This document shows positions 39,591 to 51,088 of a stretch of 64,000 bases of DNA, in pieces. Numbering within the stretch: the stretch's first letter is position 1; the number at the start of each line of letters is the position of its first letter. Under the pieces are notes generated by a model. The model made no database searches. It saw only the letters and a program-made list of their open reading frames with translations, and was not told the origin of the DNA. The position numbers were made by a program, and so were the translations under genes. The DNA is from Antechinus flavipes. Lineage: Eukaryota. The stretch is from the NCBI RefSeq assembly GCF_016432865.1, contig NC_067403.1, positions 246,078,001 to 246,142,000 on the forward strand, given 5' to 3'.

Positions 39591-40998
39591 TGGTTGAGTA
39601 TAAGCCAATCATTATATCACTATGGAACCATTATTTGTTGTAAGATTAATTCAATCATTCTGAACAAGAGAACTATTAATCACCATGCTAAACTAGATAA
39701 CCATTGTCTTATCAATTCCACTGAGTTAGCATCTTGTTTAAATCAATGATACAGAGTTTCAGCTCTCTACCATAGAGACTTAAGAATATGATAGAAAAAT
39801 GTTCATAAGGCAGATACAATGTAAGAACATTTTTGGTTTTGAAGAACTCATTGTTAAATATTTACAAATGTTACAAATATTACACCATTTTTATTAGTAT
39901 AACTATTTTGTAGATGAGAAATTGAGAAATTAAAATATTTTAAAATGTCAAACACTGTGAGTTCTAATGGGATTAGCATTCCACTAAAAAATAACAAAGG
40001 AGATTGATCCTATAGTGGCTAACCTGGTTTCAGGAGAGTTTTCCAAACTTCAAATCCTATTACACACATGTATCAGCTGTTTATCCTAGACAAGGACTTA
40101 CTTAATCTCTGTCCGCCTTCCTTATTTATAATTGGAAATTTAAAATACCCATATCTCAGGTATTTTCTAAGAAAATAAATATATGTATGTATGTGTGTGT
40201 ATATATATATATATATATTTGTGTTTGTATATATATGTATATATATTTGTGTGTTTGTATATATATATGTATATTTCTTTGAAATCCCATTTTCAAATAT
40301 GAACACGTAGAAAACTTTAATAAAATGTAAAAAGATATCTAGAACACAGGGACTTTGATTTCATTTACATAAGGAATTCTCATACAAGGAAACATACCAA
40401 GGCAAATTGACATAGTGTGTCAAATGTAAGATTAAATAGCTTCAGTGTTCACTATCTTGTTAAATGAAGCAACCATGATGACACAGCTATTAAATCTCAG
40501 AGATAGATTTAACTCACTCCTTCCCATTTTAAAGGCATCACAATACCCACTGTTTCATGGAAGTTCTTAGGTAGAGAATTATCAGAAAAAATATTAGCAT
40601 CACCATCATTCCCATTGCCATCATAATCATACCATCATAATTATTATAACCATCAACAACACCAATGATAAGTTTTGTTTCTGTAGATTTAATATGTACT
40701 TTCTATTGTGTTATGTACCAGGCAGTAGAGCAGGCTTTTCACTATTGCTTCAATCTGGATTTTAAAGATAAGATGGCAATTGAAATATAATGGAAAGGAT
40801 ATTTACTCTGGAATCAGCCAAAATGAATAAGAAAGTTGATTCTACTACTTACTGTTGCTCTATATTTTGTCACCATTGAGAAGAGATTTTCAGAATTTAG
40901 AGCAAAGATTCCTGATTTATTAAAGGGAAAGATAAAGCTCAAATATTCTTTGTTTATTTAAGCTTCCTGACAATTTATGATTCTTTGATCCAATATAT

Positions 40999-41955
40999 CT
41001 ATGTAACACAACCTGCCATTTTCACCAAGAGTTTTCTCTGGAACATTTTATTCATAGCTTCAATGACATCCTTGTTTCTAAGGCTGTAAATCAAGGGATT
41101 TAACATGGGACAAATGAAGGTATAAAAGACAGCAATCGTTTTGGATTCCTCCACAGACTGCTCAGAAGGGGGTCTTAAGTACATACAAAAGAGTGTCCCA
41201 TAGAAGAGAGTGACTGCTATTAGATGAGATGTACATGTGGAAAAAGCCTTGCGCCTGCCTTCAGCAGATCGGATTCTCAAAATGGCAGCAAAAATGAAAA
41301 CATAAGAACAGAGAATTATAAAGAGAGAGCTTGAAAGAGTAAAGCCAGCTACTATGAACATGGCCATTTTTTTGACATAGACATCAGAGCAGGACAATAA
41401 TAGGAGAGGAGGATCAGCACAGTAGAAGTGGTTAATTTCATTGGGTCCACAGAAGGATAAGTGAAAGGTCAATATGGACTGGGAAAGGCCATTCAGGAAG
41501 CCATAGACATAGGGAACAATGACCAAGGAGAGACAGACGTTCTGGCTCATTTTGGTGCTGTAATGCAGAGGGCTGCTGATGGCCACATAGCGATCAATGG
41601 CCATCGAAGCAAGGATATAAAATTCTGTGATCACCAAGGCAATGAAGGAAAGACACTGGATAAAACATCCTGCATAAGAGATGGCTTTTCTCTTGGAGAG
41701 GAAATGGACTAGCATCTGAGGGGTGATGTTGGAAGAGTAACATAAATCAACGAAAGAGAGATGACTGAGGAAAAAATACATGGGAGTATGGAGTTGTGGA
41801 CTCTTATGAATCAGCATGATCATGCCCAGATTCCCTACCAGGGTAATGATGTAGATCACTAGGAACACAAGGAAAAGAATCTTCTGTAGTTCTGGATCCT
41901 CAGTTAGTCCCAAGAGGATGAATTCAGTTACTTCCGTGTAGTTTGCAGGAGACAT
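40999..41955 (-). CDS. OR5M1-like: Olfactory receptor OR5M1/OR5M10-like, copy 3, 318 aa from MSPANYT
   Basis: Intact ORF with OR motifs; acceptor at 41967. Confidence 0.96.
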   Translation of the reverse strand: MSPANYTEVTEFILLGLTEDPELQKILFLVFLVIYIITLVGNLGMIMLIHKSPQLHTPMYFFLSHLSFVDLCYSSNITPQMLVHFLSKRKAISYAGCFIQCLSFIALVITEFYILASMAIDRYVAISSPLHYSTKMSQNVCLSLVIVPYVYGFLNGLSQSILTFHLSFCGPNEINHFYCADPPLLLLSCSDVYVKKMAMFIVAGFTLSSSLFIILCSYVFIFAAILRIRSAEGRRKAFSTCTSHLIAVTLFYGTLFCMYLRPPSEQSVEESKTIAVFYTFICPMLNPLIYSLRNKDVIEAMNKMFQRKLLVKMAGCVT

Positions 41956-42829
41956 TTTCTCATGTCCTATCCTTTGAAAGATGTGCACATTAGAAATATT
42001 AGAAGGGATTTAATGAATATGAAAGCAAACATTTATGTCACTTTAGGATGCTTTACCAAACATCAAGAATCACATCCAGCTTTTTAACTTCTCAGTTTAT
42101 TCTTTTATTCCTCTTTCTTCCATCTCTTTCTGTCTCTGTGTTTCTCTCTCTTTCTGTTTTTCTGCCTCTGTGTCTCATCCTGTCTCTGTCTCTTGTTCTC
42201 CCTTCCTCCCTGCCTCCCCCTCTTGCTCTTTCCCTCCTCCTCTTTCTCTCTCTCAATGACACACACACACAGAGATATACACACAAAAGACTTTCCCCTG
42301 GTAGAACTATATCTATATACTTATATACATATACATATATATTTATATATGTATATGTATACATGTATATGTATTCACAATCTACATTTACCATACTATT
42401 CTGAATTCCATTAGGGTCAATCAGATTTTAAGCCTACATGGAAGTAGAAAATTTGATTTTACAGGAGGCATAATTGTATGAAATCTAAATGAAATTTAAC
42501 TAAGCAGCTAAACAGCCTAATGCATGGATTTTTATACTATCTCACATATTTATTAACTTTGTGGCCCTGACCATGTTATTTATCCTTTCTATGTTTCAAT
42601 TTCCTTGTCTTTAAAATTGGGATAATAAAAAACAATTGAATTAAAGAGTTGTTATGAGGATTAAAAGGATAATTATATGTAGCATAATGCTTATATGTCA
42701 TGTGATGAATATATGCATATATGTATATATGCAATATGTTTTGCAAATCTTAAAATAATATACAAATGTTAACTAGTATCATCACCATTAGTCACATTAC
42801 AATTTTTCAATTGAAACTCATAGTTTTTT

Positions 42830-42985
42830 GTTTGTTTGTTTATTTTTTGCTAAAGCAATTAGAGTTAAGTGACTTTCCTAGAGTCACACACCTGGGAAGT
42901 ATTAGGTGTCTGTGGTCAGTTTTTAACTCACATTCTCCTGACTTCAGGGCTGGTGCTCTATCCAATGTTCCAACTAGCTACCCTG
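42830..42985 (-). mobile_element. Marsupial CORE-SINE specific to the copy 3 intron
   Basis: gagttaagtgactttccctagagtcacacacctgggaagt...ccaactagctacc; absent at the equivalent position of copies 1 and 2. Confidence 0.8.
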
Positions 42986-43928
42986 AAACTTATAATCTTA
43001 TGATAATATTATCACTATTAATCAAGATTTATAACTACCAGACGGTTTTCACTAAATTACTCACATTTTAACTATACCAAATCATGAATTTATTTTCTCT
43101 TCTTTCAAGACAAAGGCCACCTTTAATTATTGTCTTTTTTTATATCATGTCATTTATAAATTCAGGGCAGCCAAATGGTTTAGTGGATGGAGCACAGAAT
43201 TAGAATTGAGAAGACTCATCTTCATGAATTCACATCTTGTCTTAGACATTATCTGACTTTGGGTAAATCATTTAATACTTCTTCTCTATGTTTCCTCATC
43301 TGTCAAATTATTTAGAGAAGGAAATGGTAGGCCACTTCCATATATTTGCCAAGAAAACCCCAAAGGTGCTCAAGATAAATTGAACAGGATGAAAAAATAA
43401 CAACATAAAATCTTGATGTTTTAAGAGATGCCTTGAAAAGTTCTTGCCTCTTTTGACATCCTCTGTTCTTTGCCCAAAATCCTTTTAGCTTAAATATTCT
43501 AGAAACATCATAATGAAAGGGAAAATGGAAATGATCAGAATAGCAAGTAGTCTTCAATGTTTAAGGAGATGAACTTGACTATACCAATAAACATTTTTGT
43601 ACTTCTGTTGTTCTTAAGATTCTTTCAGCAATGCATTTTTCTTATGTATGTTACTTGATTGCATTTGATGATTACTTATCAAATTATAGAAGCACAGTTA
43701 TATAGAAGCTTTTGATAAAACTGGATAGGTCTTTCAAATGGATGTTTGTGTATCTGAACTTAATTAGTGACCAGGAATGGAATGAAGAAATAATTGTTGA
43801 TCGTATAAATTCTGCCCAAGCACAATTTTGAAAATATAATATTCAATAAATGAGACATGTACAATGAAAACCAAAATAGGAGATTTATTCTCAGCTTCCA
43901 GAAAACAAACCAAAAAAAAAAATTGCCT

Positions 43929-44250
43929 ACCTGTCAACCTAGTGAGGTTTCAGAACAGTACTACATAGTTTACTTCAGAATCATGAACGTCTTTCCATGT
44001 ATCTCCTTGCATTGGGTGAGAGCTCAGACTAGATGATCTCCTAGGTATCTTTCCCTTCTAAGATTCTTTGATGCAAAGTAATAAAGTAGAAGGGTTTGTA
44101 TCATAATATATTTCTTGGGCTTTTTCCCTGAAGAATGACTCAAATACATCCCCAGGAAACCATGACTACATCCCTAAGGAACCATATCAATTAGAGAAGT
44201 TTTTGAGTTGGATTCTCTTCACTTCCCATGCTCCCATGTGGCTCAGTGTT
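43929..44250 (-). promoter_or_regulatory. Putative 5' exon and promoter, OR5M copy 3
   Basis: Donor GT 43930-43929, TGACTCA 44136-44142, TCCCCAGGAA 44149-44158, TCCCTAAGGA 44171-44180, TCAATTAG 44187-44194. Confidence 0.62.
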
Positions 44251-46663
44251 CCCTTGCTTTGCCTCAGAGGTGTGAACCTATATAGATTTACATGTGCATT
44301 TATTGCTCTTTAACTATTGAAAGTCAATTGGTGATTGGATCACTTTATAAAGATTTTTGGTGATGCAAGACTAATAAGTAGCTTGGTGAATAAAATGTAT
44401 ATGAATTTGAGTTCAAGTCCATTTGAGTATTTCCAGAAGTATGAATCTGGCCAAGTCAATTGACCTCTCTCATTCTCAATTTATTTATCTGTAATATGGA
44501 GTTACCAATAACACTAATATGATGTGGTTATTGGAAAGATCAAATGAGAATGCTTATGTGAAATGATTTAATAATGTTTAAAGTTCTGTGTAAATATTAA
44601 TTAGTGATACAAAGCACATAGATACTTTTTGTAGGGTTATAAGTGTAAAATTTTGTACTTACTTTGAGATACATCTACATAGTCAAGTATGGGGACCTTT
44701 ATTAATTATGAGAACATAATGCATTATTTTAGAATTCATAGAATTTCCATAATGTCTACTATAGATTTTAGTAAAAAAAATATTTCAGGGTATCAGATTA
44801 TTTATTCAATCACAAATTTCATTATGGATATATATATATATATATATATATATACTATAGTCCAGAGTATTATAATGAAATAAAGTTAAATTCAACTATT
44901 ATTTCCAGCATGTAATAATACAATGTTCTGCACTTAGGACTTGAGTTCAGTGCTTAAAATAAGAGGACTGAATGGTGTAGATTGGTTCATTCAAAGACCT
45001 GGACTTAATCAGTCCTGGAAATAAAGGAAGAATAATGTAGTAAATAATGGTGAAGCAAAAAATCAAGACCCAAGACTCTTAAATGTCTTTGTGACACTTT
45101 CCCTTTCCTAAGTCAAGCAACCATCTCTATATAATTGTTTGTTGAAATTGCAGGGATGAAATTGTCTCTTGAGGTTTCTTCAGTTCAATGTCTCAATGAC
45201 TCTCTTTACAATCACAGAGAATCACACAACCAAGAATGTTTGGTTTAGGAGAGGATGCTAAAAGCTTACTATCCCATCGATACTTGGACAATAATCCCCT
45301 TACCTAAATATTCTAACTAATCTAAAAAGCATTTAATCCAGGGCTTTCTTTGTGCAAGGTTCTATGATGTGATATGAGGTTCTGGAAAAACAAAGATAAA
45401 AATGAAAACATTTTCTGTCCTCCAAAATCTTGGAATATACCAAATGCTCATCATCCTTTCTATGAAGACCTCCAGTGAAAGGGAACTAATTTGTTTATGG
45501 ATCTCCTTTTGTACTTTCTTCTCTTCCCCTCTACAACCAACCACCACCACCACAACCACTACTACTACTACTAATAATAATAATAAAAATAATATAAGAG
45601 ATAGAATTTATATAGCACTTTAAAATTTATTGAGGTGTAGCAATTGATAGAGCACAGACCTTGAATCATAAAGACCTAAATTCAAATATGACTTCAGAAA
45701 CTTACTAGCTATAACACCGGACAAGTCACTTAATCATGATTGTTTCAATTTCCTCAAACCATTGGCAAACCATTCTGGTATTTGCACCAAGAAAATCCCT
45801 AAATGGAGTCATGAAGAGTCACACATGCCTGAAATAACTGAATGAACAAGATTGTGCTAATTCCAGACTCACCTTTTTATCCACTGCATATCTTGCTGCT
45901 TTTCTATTTGAATTTTGAAGTGCTTTAATCATAAGGAAGTTGTCTTTAACCTCAAACCTAAATTTCCCTTTTTACTATAAGTACTTATTGTTCCAAGTTC
46001 TACCTTCTGATAAAAAGTAGAATGATTCATCTGCTGAAAGCATGCTACCAGAATCTTTTAAAGTACTTGAAAACAATTGTCATGTCAATTCAATGCAAAA
46101 AAAAAATCTTATGGTTATGATTGTACTCAAGGTACTGGACTAAGCTGGGTATTCTAAGATCATAACAAAATAAAGCAGCCTTTCTCTTAAAGAGCTTACA
46201 TTCTACTTGGAAATATAACAGGTCATGACAGATTTACCCTTATTATCTCATTTTTTGTACAAGATTACTAAATGAGTTGACTAGTAGAATGTGAAGATTT
46301 AGTTTACATAGAATTTGACAAAACTCTAAAACTCTTCTCTTTGGGGAGAATAGAGATGAGTGATCTAGATAATAATGCAATTCTGTGGAGTCAGAATATA
46401 GTTAAATATGGCTATTGCAGGAAGTGTCTAGTGTAGTAGTGTGTGAGTGTATGTGTGTGTGTGTGTGTGTGTTTCTATATGTACGTATATATGTGTATAT
46501 ATATATGTGTGTGTATACATAAATATATTTTCTTAACTATAGTCTGTTTAGGGAAGGATTGGAGACTAAAAGGGGGAAAAATAAAGTATGCAGCAGAGAA
46601 CAAGAATAATTTACAAGAAAGTGAAGAAAAGATGGATACTCAAAAATATAATTTATTGTACTA

Positions 46664-46665
<2 letters not shown>

Positions 46666-46697
<32 letters not shown>
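46666..46697. repeat. (CA)n microsatellite
   Basis: Seen directly. Confidence 0.97.
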
Positions 46698-46699
<2 letters not shown>

Positions 46700-47344
46700 T
46701 TTTGAACTGCTAATTTGTTATTATATATTTTGAATCCTCCCTAATGTTCTGCTGGGCACATGACAATGTTCTCTTTTGTTTTGTTTTATTTTCTTTTGTA
46801 TTTATTTATTTAATAAAATGAGAATTATTTTTAAAAATTGAGAAAGAAAAAAATTAAGAAGGATATTGACAAAATGAGGAGGGTATCTGAAGGAGGGAAG
46901 TTAGGATGGAAGAAAGTCTTGAATCAGTTGTCATGGTGTTGAAGCCTGCTATGATACTTCCTACATGTATTACCTGGGGCAAATCACTTTCCCTCTCTCT
47001 GTCTCTCTCTGTCTATCTCTCTTTGTGATGATCAAGAGTATGATACCAAGGACACAACTAGTCAAAGTATCATGGGTCACTTTATTACTCAAACCTGCAA
47101 GCATGAAACTTTCCAGTCCTTTTTTCTCATAGGCAATCAAGCATGAGACAATGAGAAAACAAGTGCATTTGAAGTACTTCATGGAATAAAAATTTCTTAG
47201 TGAAATTATAAATGGAAATTATAGTTGACATTTATATTATGCCAATGTGGGAAACTTTTTGTCCACAATGAATAAAAATACTGTTGTCTCTCTTCCACAT
47301 ATATGCCATTTATTATCTCTAGCTGTATGCATATAGAGATTTTA

Positions 47345-47585
47345 GGTTTAAGTGTAAAACAGGCATATTATCTATTTCATTCTCACCATAGTATTTGTGT
47401 TGTATAAGCATAATTTCTTATTGCACATGAAAAATCAGATTAAAAAGGAAAGAAAATAAATAAGAAAACAAAATGCAAGCAAACAACATCAAAGAATGAG
47501 AATGTTGTATTATGATCCACATTCAGTTCCTACAGTCCTCTCTCTGGGTGTAGATGGCTCTTTTTGTCGCAATATCATTGGAACT
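47345..47585 (-). mobile_element. L1 3' UTR fragment
   Basis: gaaaacaaaatgcaagcaaacaacatcaaagaatgag...ctctctctgggtgtagatggctct is the reverse of the L1 3' UTR. Confidence 0.8.
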
Positions 47586-48961
47586 TTACTATAGTCTTTT
47601 AAGGTAGGTGGTATTCAGTGATATACTGGAGCCAGTTCTAATGAAGAGCTTATAAAAGCTGATTGTGAAAATTTTGATGTGATAATCTATTCCTCAGAAA
47701 TTATGAAATGCTATGAAAATGTTTGATTTTTAAGAATATGATGGAGAAAATCTTCAAAAGGCATTTTAAATGTAAAAACAGTTTTGTTTTGGAAGAACTG
47801 ACTGAAATATTCAACAGCTATTAGTATCACTATTTTGTAGATGAAGAAACTGATAGATTAGGTTATTTTTGAAAGTCAAAGACTTTCAAAGTTTTAATGT
47901 GATTTTTATGTGATTTTTAATGTGATTAGGCCTCTCCTCCCCCCGCCAAAAAAAAAAAAAAAGCAGATAGGTGCCATAGTGACTAAAGTGATAAGCCTGG
48001 TTTCAGGAAATTGCTCAAAGTTCAAATCCTGTTACACACACCTACCAGCCTGTTTGATCCTGGAATAGTCAATCCACTTTGTAATTTGGAATTAATATAA
48101 TATCTATATCTCAGGGTTGTAGTAAGGAAGTGAGTATATGTATTTGTATATATATATAACATATATATATATGTATATGGGGTGTACATATATATATAGA
48201 TGGCGATATATAGAATATACACATAATTGCTTTGAAATCCCATTCCAAAATATGAACAAGTAGGCATTTTTAATGAAATATATAAAGATATCTAGGATGA
48301 AGGAATAAAAATTGAACCTGTGATTTCATTAATACAAAGAATTCTCATCTAAGGGAACTTATTCCAAGGCAGATTGACATAGTCTGCCAAATGTAAGATT
48401 AAATAGCTGCAAGGATCACTATCTTGTTAAATGAAGCTGCCAAGATGACAGGTAACATATCTTAGAGATAGAGCTTGAACTCACTCTTTCCCATCTTAAA
48501 GGTAGCACTATACTCACCGTTTCATGGAACTTCTTATGTAGAGAATTACATAAGGAAATATCAGCATCAACATCATTGCCATTGCCATCATAGTCACATT
48601 ATCATAACTGTCAGCACTATCTACAACACCAACAATAAGCTTTGTTTCTGTGGATTTAATATGTGCCTTTCTTTTATGTCATGTACCAGGAGTAGGGCAA
48701 ATTTCTCTTTGTTGACTCTATCTGAATTTTAAGGACAAGATGGTAATCACAATAAAATGGAAGGGCTATTTAATCTGGAGTCAACCAAAATAAATAAGAA
48801 AGTTGATTCAGCTACTTACTAGAGCTCTTTATTTTGTAACCTTTGAGAAGAGATTTTCAGAATTTAGACCACATTTTCCTGATTTATTTAAGGGAAAGAT
48901 AAGACTCCAGTATTGTTTATTTCAGGTTCTTGGCAATGTATGATACTGTTATCCATTGTGT

Positions 48962-49918
48962 CTATGTAATGCATCCTTTCATTTTTACAAAGAGTTTTCT
49001 CTGGAACATTTTATTCATGGCCTCAATGACATCCTTGTTTCTGAGGCTATAGATCAAGGGATTTAACATGGGACAAACAAAGGTATAAAAGACAGCAATC
49101 GTTTTAGATTCCTCCACAGACTGCTCAGAAGGAGGTCTTAAGTACATACAAAAGAGGGTCCCATAATAGAGAGTGACTGCCATTAGATGAGATGTACATG
49201 TGGAAAAAGCCTTGCGCCTGCCTTCAGCAGATAGGATTCTCAAAATGGCAGCAAAAATGAAAATATAAGAACAGAGAATTATTAAGAGAGTGCTTGAGAA
49301 AGTAAAGCCAGCTACTATGAACATGGCCATTTTTTTGACATAGACATCAGAGCAGGACAGTAACAGGAGAGGAGGGTCAGCACAATAAAAGTGGTTAATT
49401 TCATTGGGTCCACAGAAGGATAAGTGAAAGGTCAATAGAGCCTGGGAAAGGCCATTCAGGAAACCATAGACATAGGGAACAATGACCAAGGATAGACAGA
49501 CGTTCTGGCTCATTTTGGTGCTGTAATGCAGAGGGCTGCTGATGGCCACGTAGCGATCAATGGCCATTGAAGCAAGGATATAAAATTCTGTGATCACCAA
49601 GGCAATGAAGGAAAGACACTGGATAAAACATCCTGCATAAGAGATAGATTTTCTCCCTGAGAGGAAATGAACTAGCATCTGAGGGGTGATGTTGGAAGAA
49701 TAACATAAATCAACGAAGGAGAGATGACTGAGGAAAAAATACATGGGAGTGTGGAGTCGTGGACTCTTATGGATCAGAATGATCATGCCCAGATTCCCTA
49801 CCAGGGTGATGATGTAGATCACTAGGAACACAAGGAAAAGAATCTTCTGTAGTTCTGGATCCTCAGTTAGTCCCAAGAGGATGAATTCAGTTACTTCCGT
49901 GTAGTTTGCAGGAGGCAT
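48962..49918 (-). CDS. OR5M1-like: Olfactory receptor OR5M1/OR5M10-like, copy 4, 318 aa
   Basis: Intact ORF, closest to copy 3; acceptor at 49930. Confidence 0.96.
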   Translation of the reverse strand: MPPANYTEVTEFILLGLTEDPELQKILFLVFLVIYIITLVGNLGMIILIHKSPRLHTPMYFFLSHLSFVDLCYSSNITPQMLVHFLSGRKSISYAGCFIQCLSFIALVITEFYILASMAIDRYVAISSPLHYSTKMSQNVCLSLVIVPYVYGFLNGLSQALLTFHLSFCGPNEINHFYCADPPLLLLSCSDVYVKKMAMFIVAGFTFSSTLLIILCSYIFIFAAILRILSAEGRRKAFSTCTSHLMAVTLYYGTLFCMYLRPPSEQSVEESKTIAVFYTFVCPMLNPLIYSLRNKDVIEAMNKMFQRKLFVKMKGCIT

Positions 49919-50775
49919 TTTCTCATATACTATTGATTAAATGATGTACCCATTAGTAGGCATATAAGAAGGGATTTTATTGATATGAAAATTAATACTT
50001 ATCATTTTAGGATTTTTTACCAACCATCACCAATATTTTGTATAGCTATTTAGCTTTTTTTTTTTTTTTGCTATTTTTGTATTGCTGTATTTGTCTCTTT
50101 TCTCCTTTCCTTTCCCATCTTCCTCCTTTTTTTCCCCTTTCTTCCTGCTTCTTTCTTTTCTTCTTTGTGCAGACTTTTTTTTTAAGGAATGCAAGTAGAT
50201 ATATTTTAAATGAATGTTATAATATAGATTTGTCAATCTGTTTTTCTGGAATAGCATGATCTGAATTAAAGTCTAATTTTTATTAAATGCAAGTAACTGA
50301 AATAATTTCCATTATTTCTGAACCATTGAATCACTTTGTTGTTTCATGCCAATCTTCGAAATGATACTTATAAAGTTTATTTTCTTACATTTCTGGAATT
50401 TTATGATTTATTTTTCAAGGTTCTTTGAAATTGTGATATAGTAATAGTAAAAGGCCTTTTCCACTCTATGATTCCTTTTTTCCCTAGCTGTGTTCTTTTG
50501 ATTTAAATTGATCCATTTATTAAAACTAGGCTGCATGGAGATTGTGGCAAATAAGGAATCTGCAGCTGACCGAAGTCTTGAGATTAGGCTAGAGTGTTTT
50601 CATTTAATTATAATTTAGAGGTATACTGAAGAATATAGTTACATACAATCTCAAATCAATAAAAAGTCATGATTCAATGAGTAGGAAATTAATAAAATGT
50701 AAATGAATCTGTTACCCTTTGTACAAAGATAGGTCTGCTAGTTATTCTCACTTGTTAATGATTTTCATGGAATAT

Positions 50776-51088
50776 TGTGAAGACCGAGTTTGCACCCTGG
50801 ATACTTTAAAATCAGCCAGAGTCAGGATAAGCAAAAGACCTTGATCTTTATTCTTTGTTGAAGGGAGGAGAGAGAGAGTGAACACAGGACTCTCCTGGAA
50901 TCACACTCGCTTGTCCTACTTCACCCTCCAATCCCTCCTCCAAATCTCCCTACACACCAACAGATCGAGCTAGCACAGAATGGTGGGGTGGGCCATTTTC
51001 CAAGCAAATGCTAATAGACTATCATCCCATTGTAATTAGCCTTAAGTGCTCAGACCTCAGTGCATCAACTCGGTTTCAGCCCATTACA
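50776..51088 (-). mobile_element. Solo LTR, 313 bp, TG...CA, 6-bp TSD
   Basis: TSD gaatat at 50770-50775 and 51089-51094. Termini tgtga...ttaca. Minus-strand AATAAA near 50832-50837. Confidence 0.9.
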
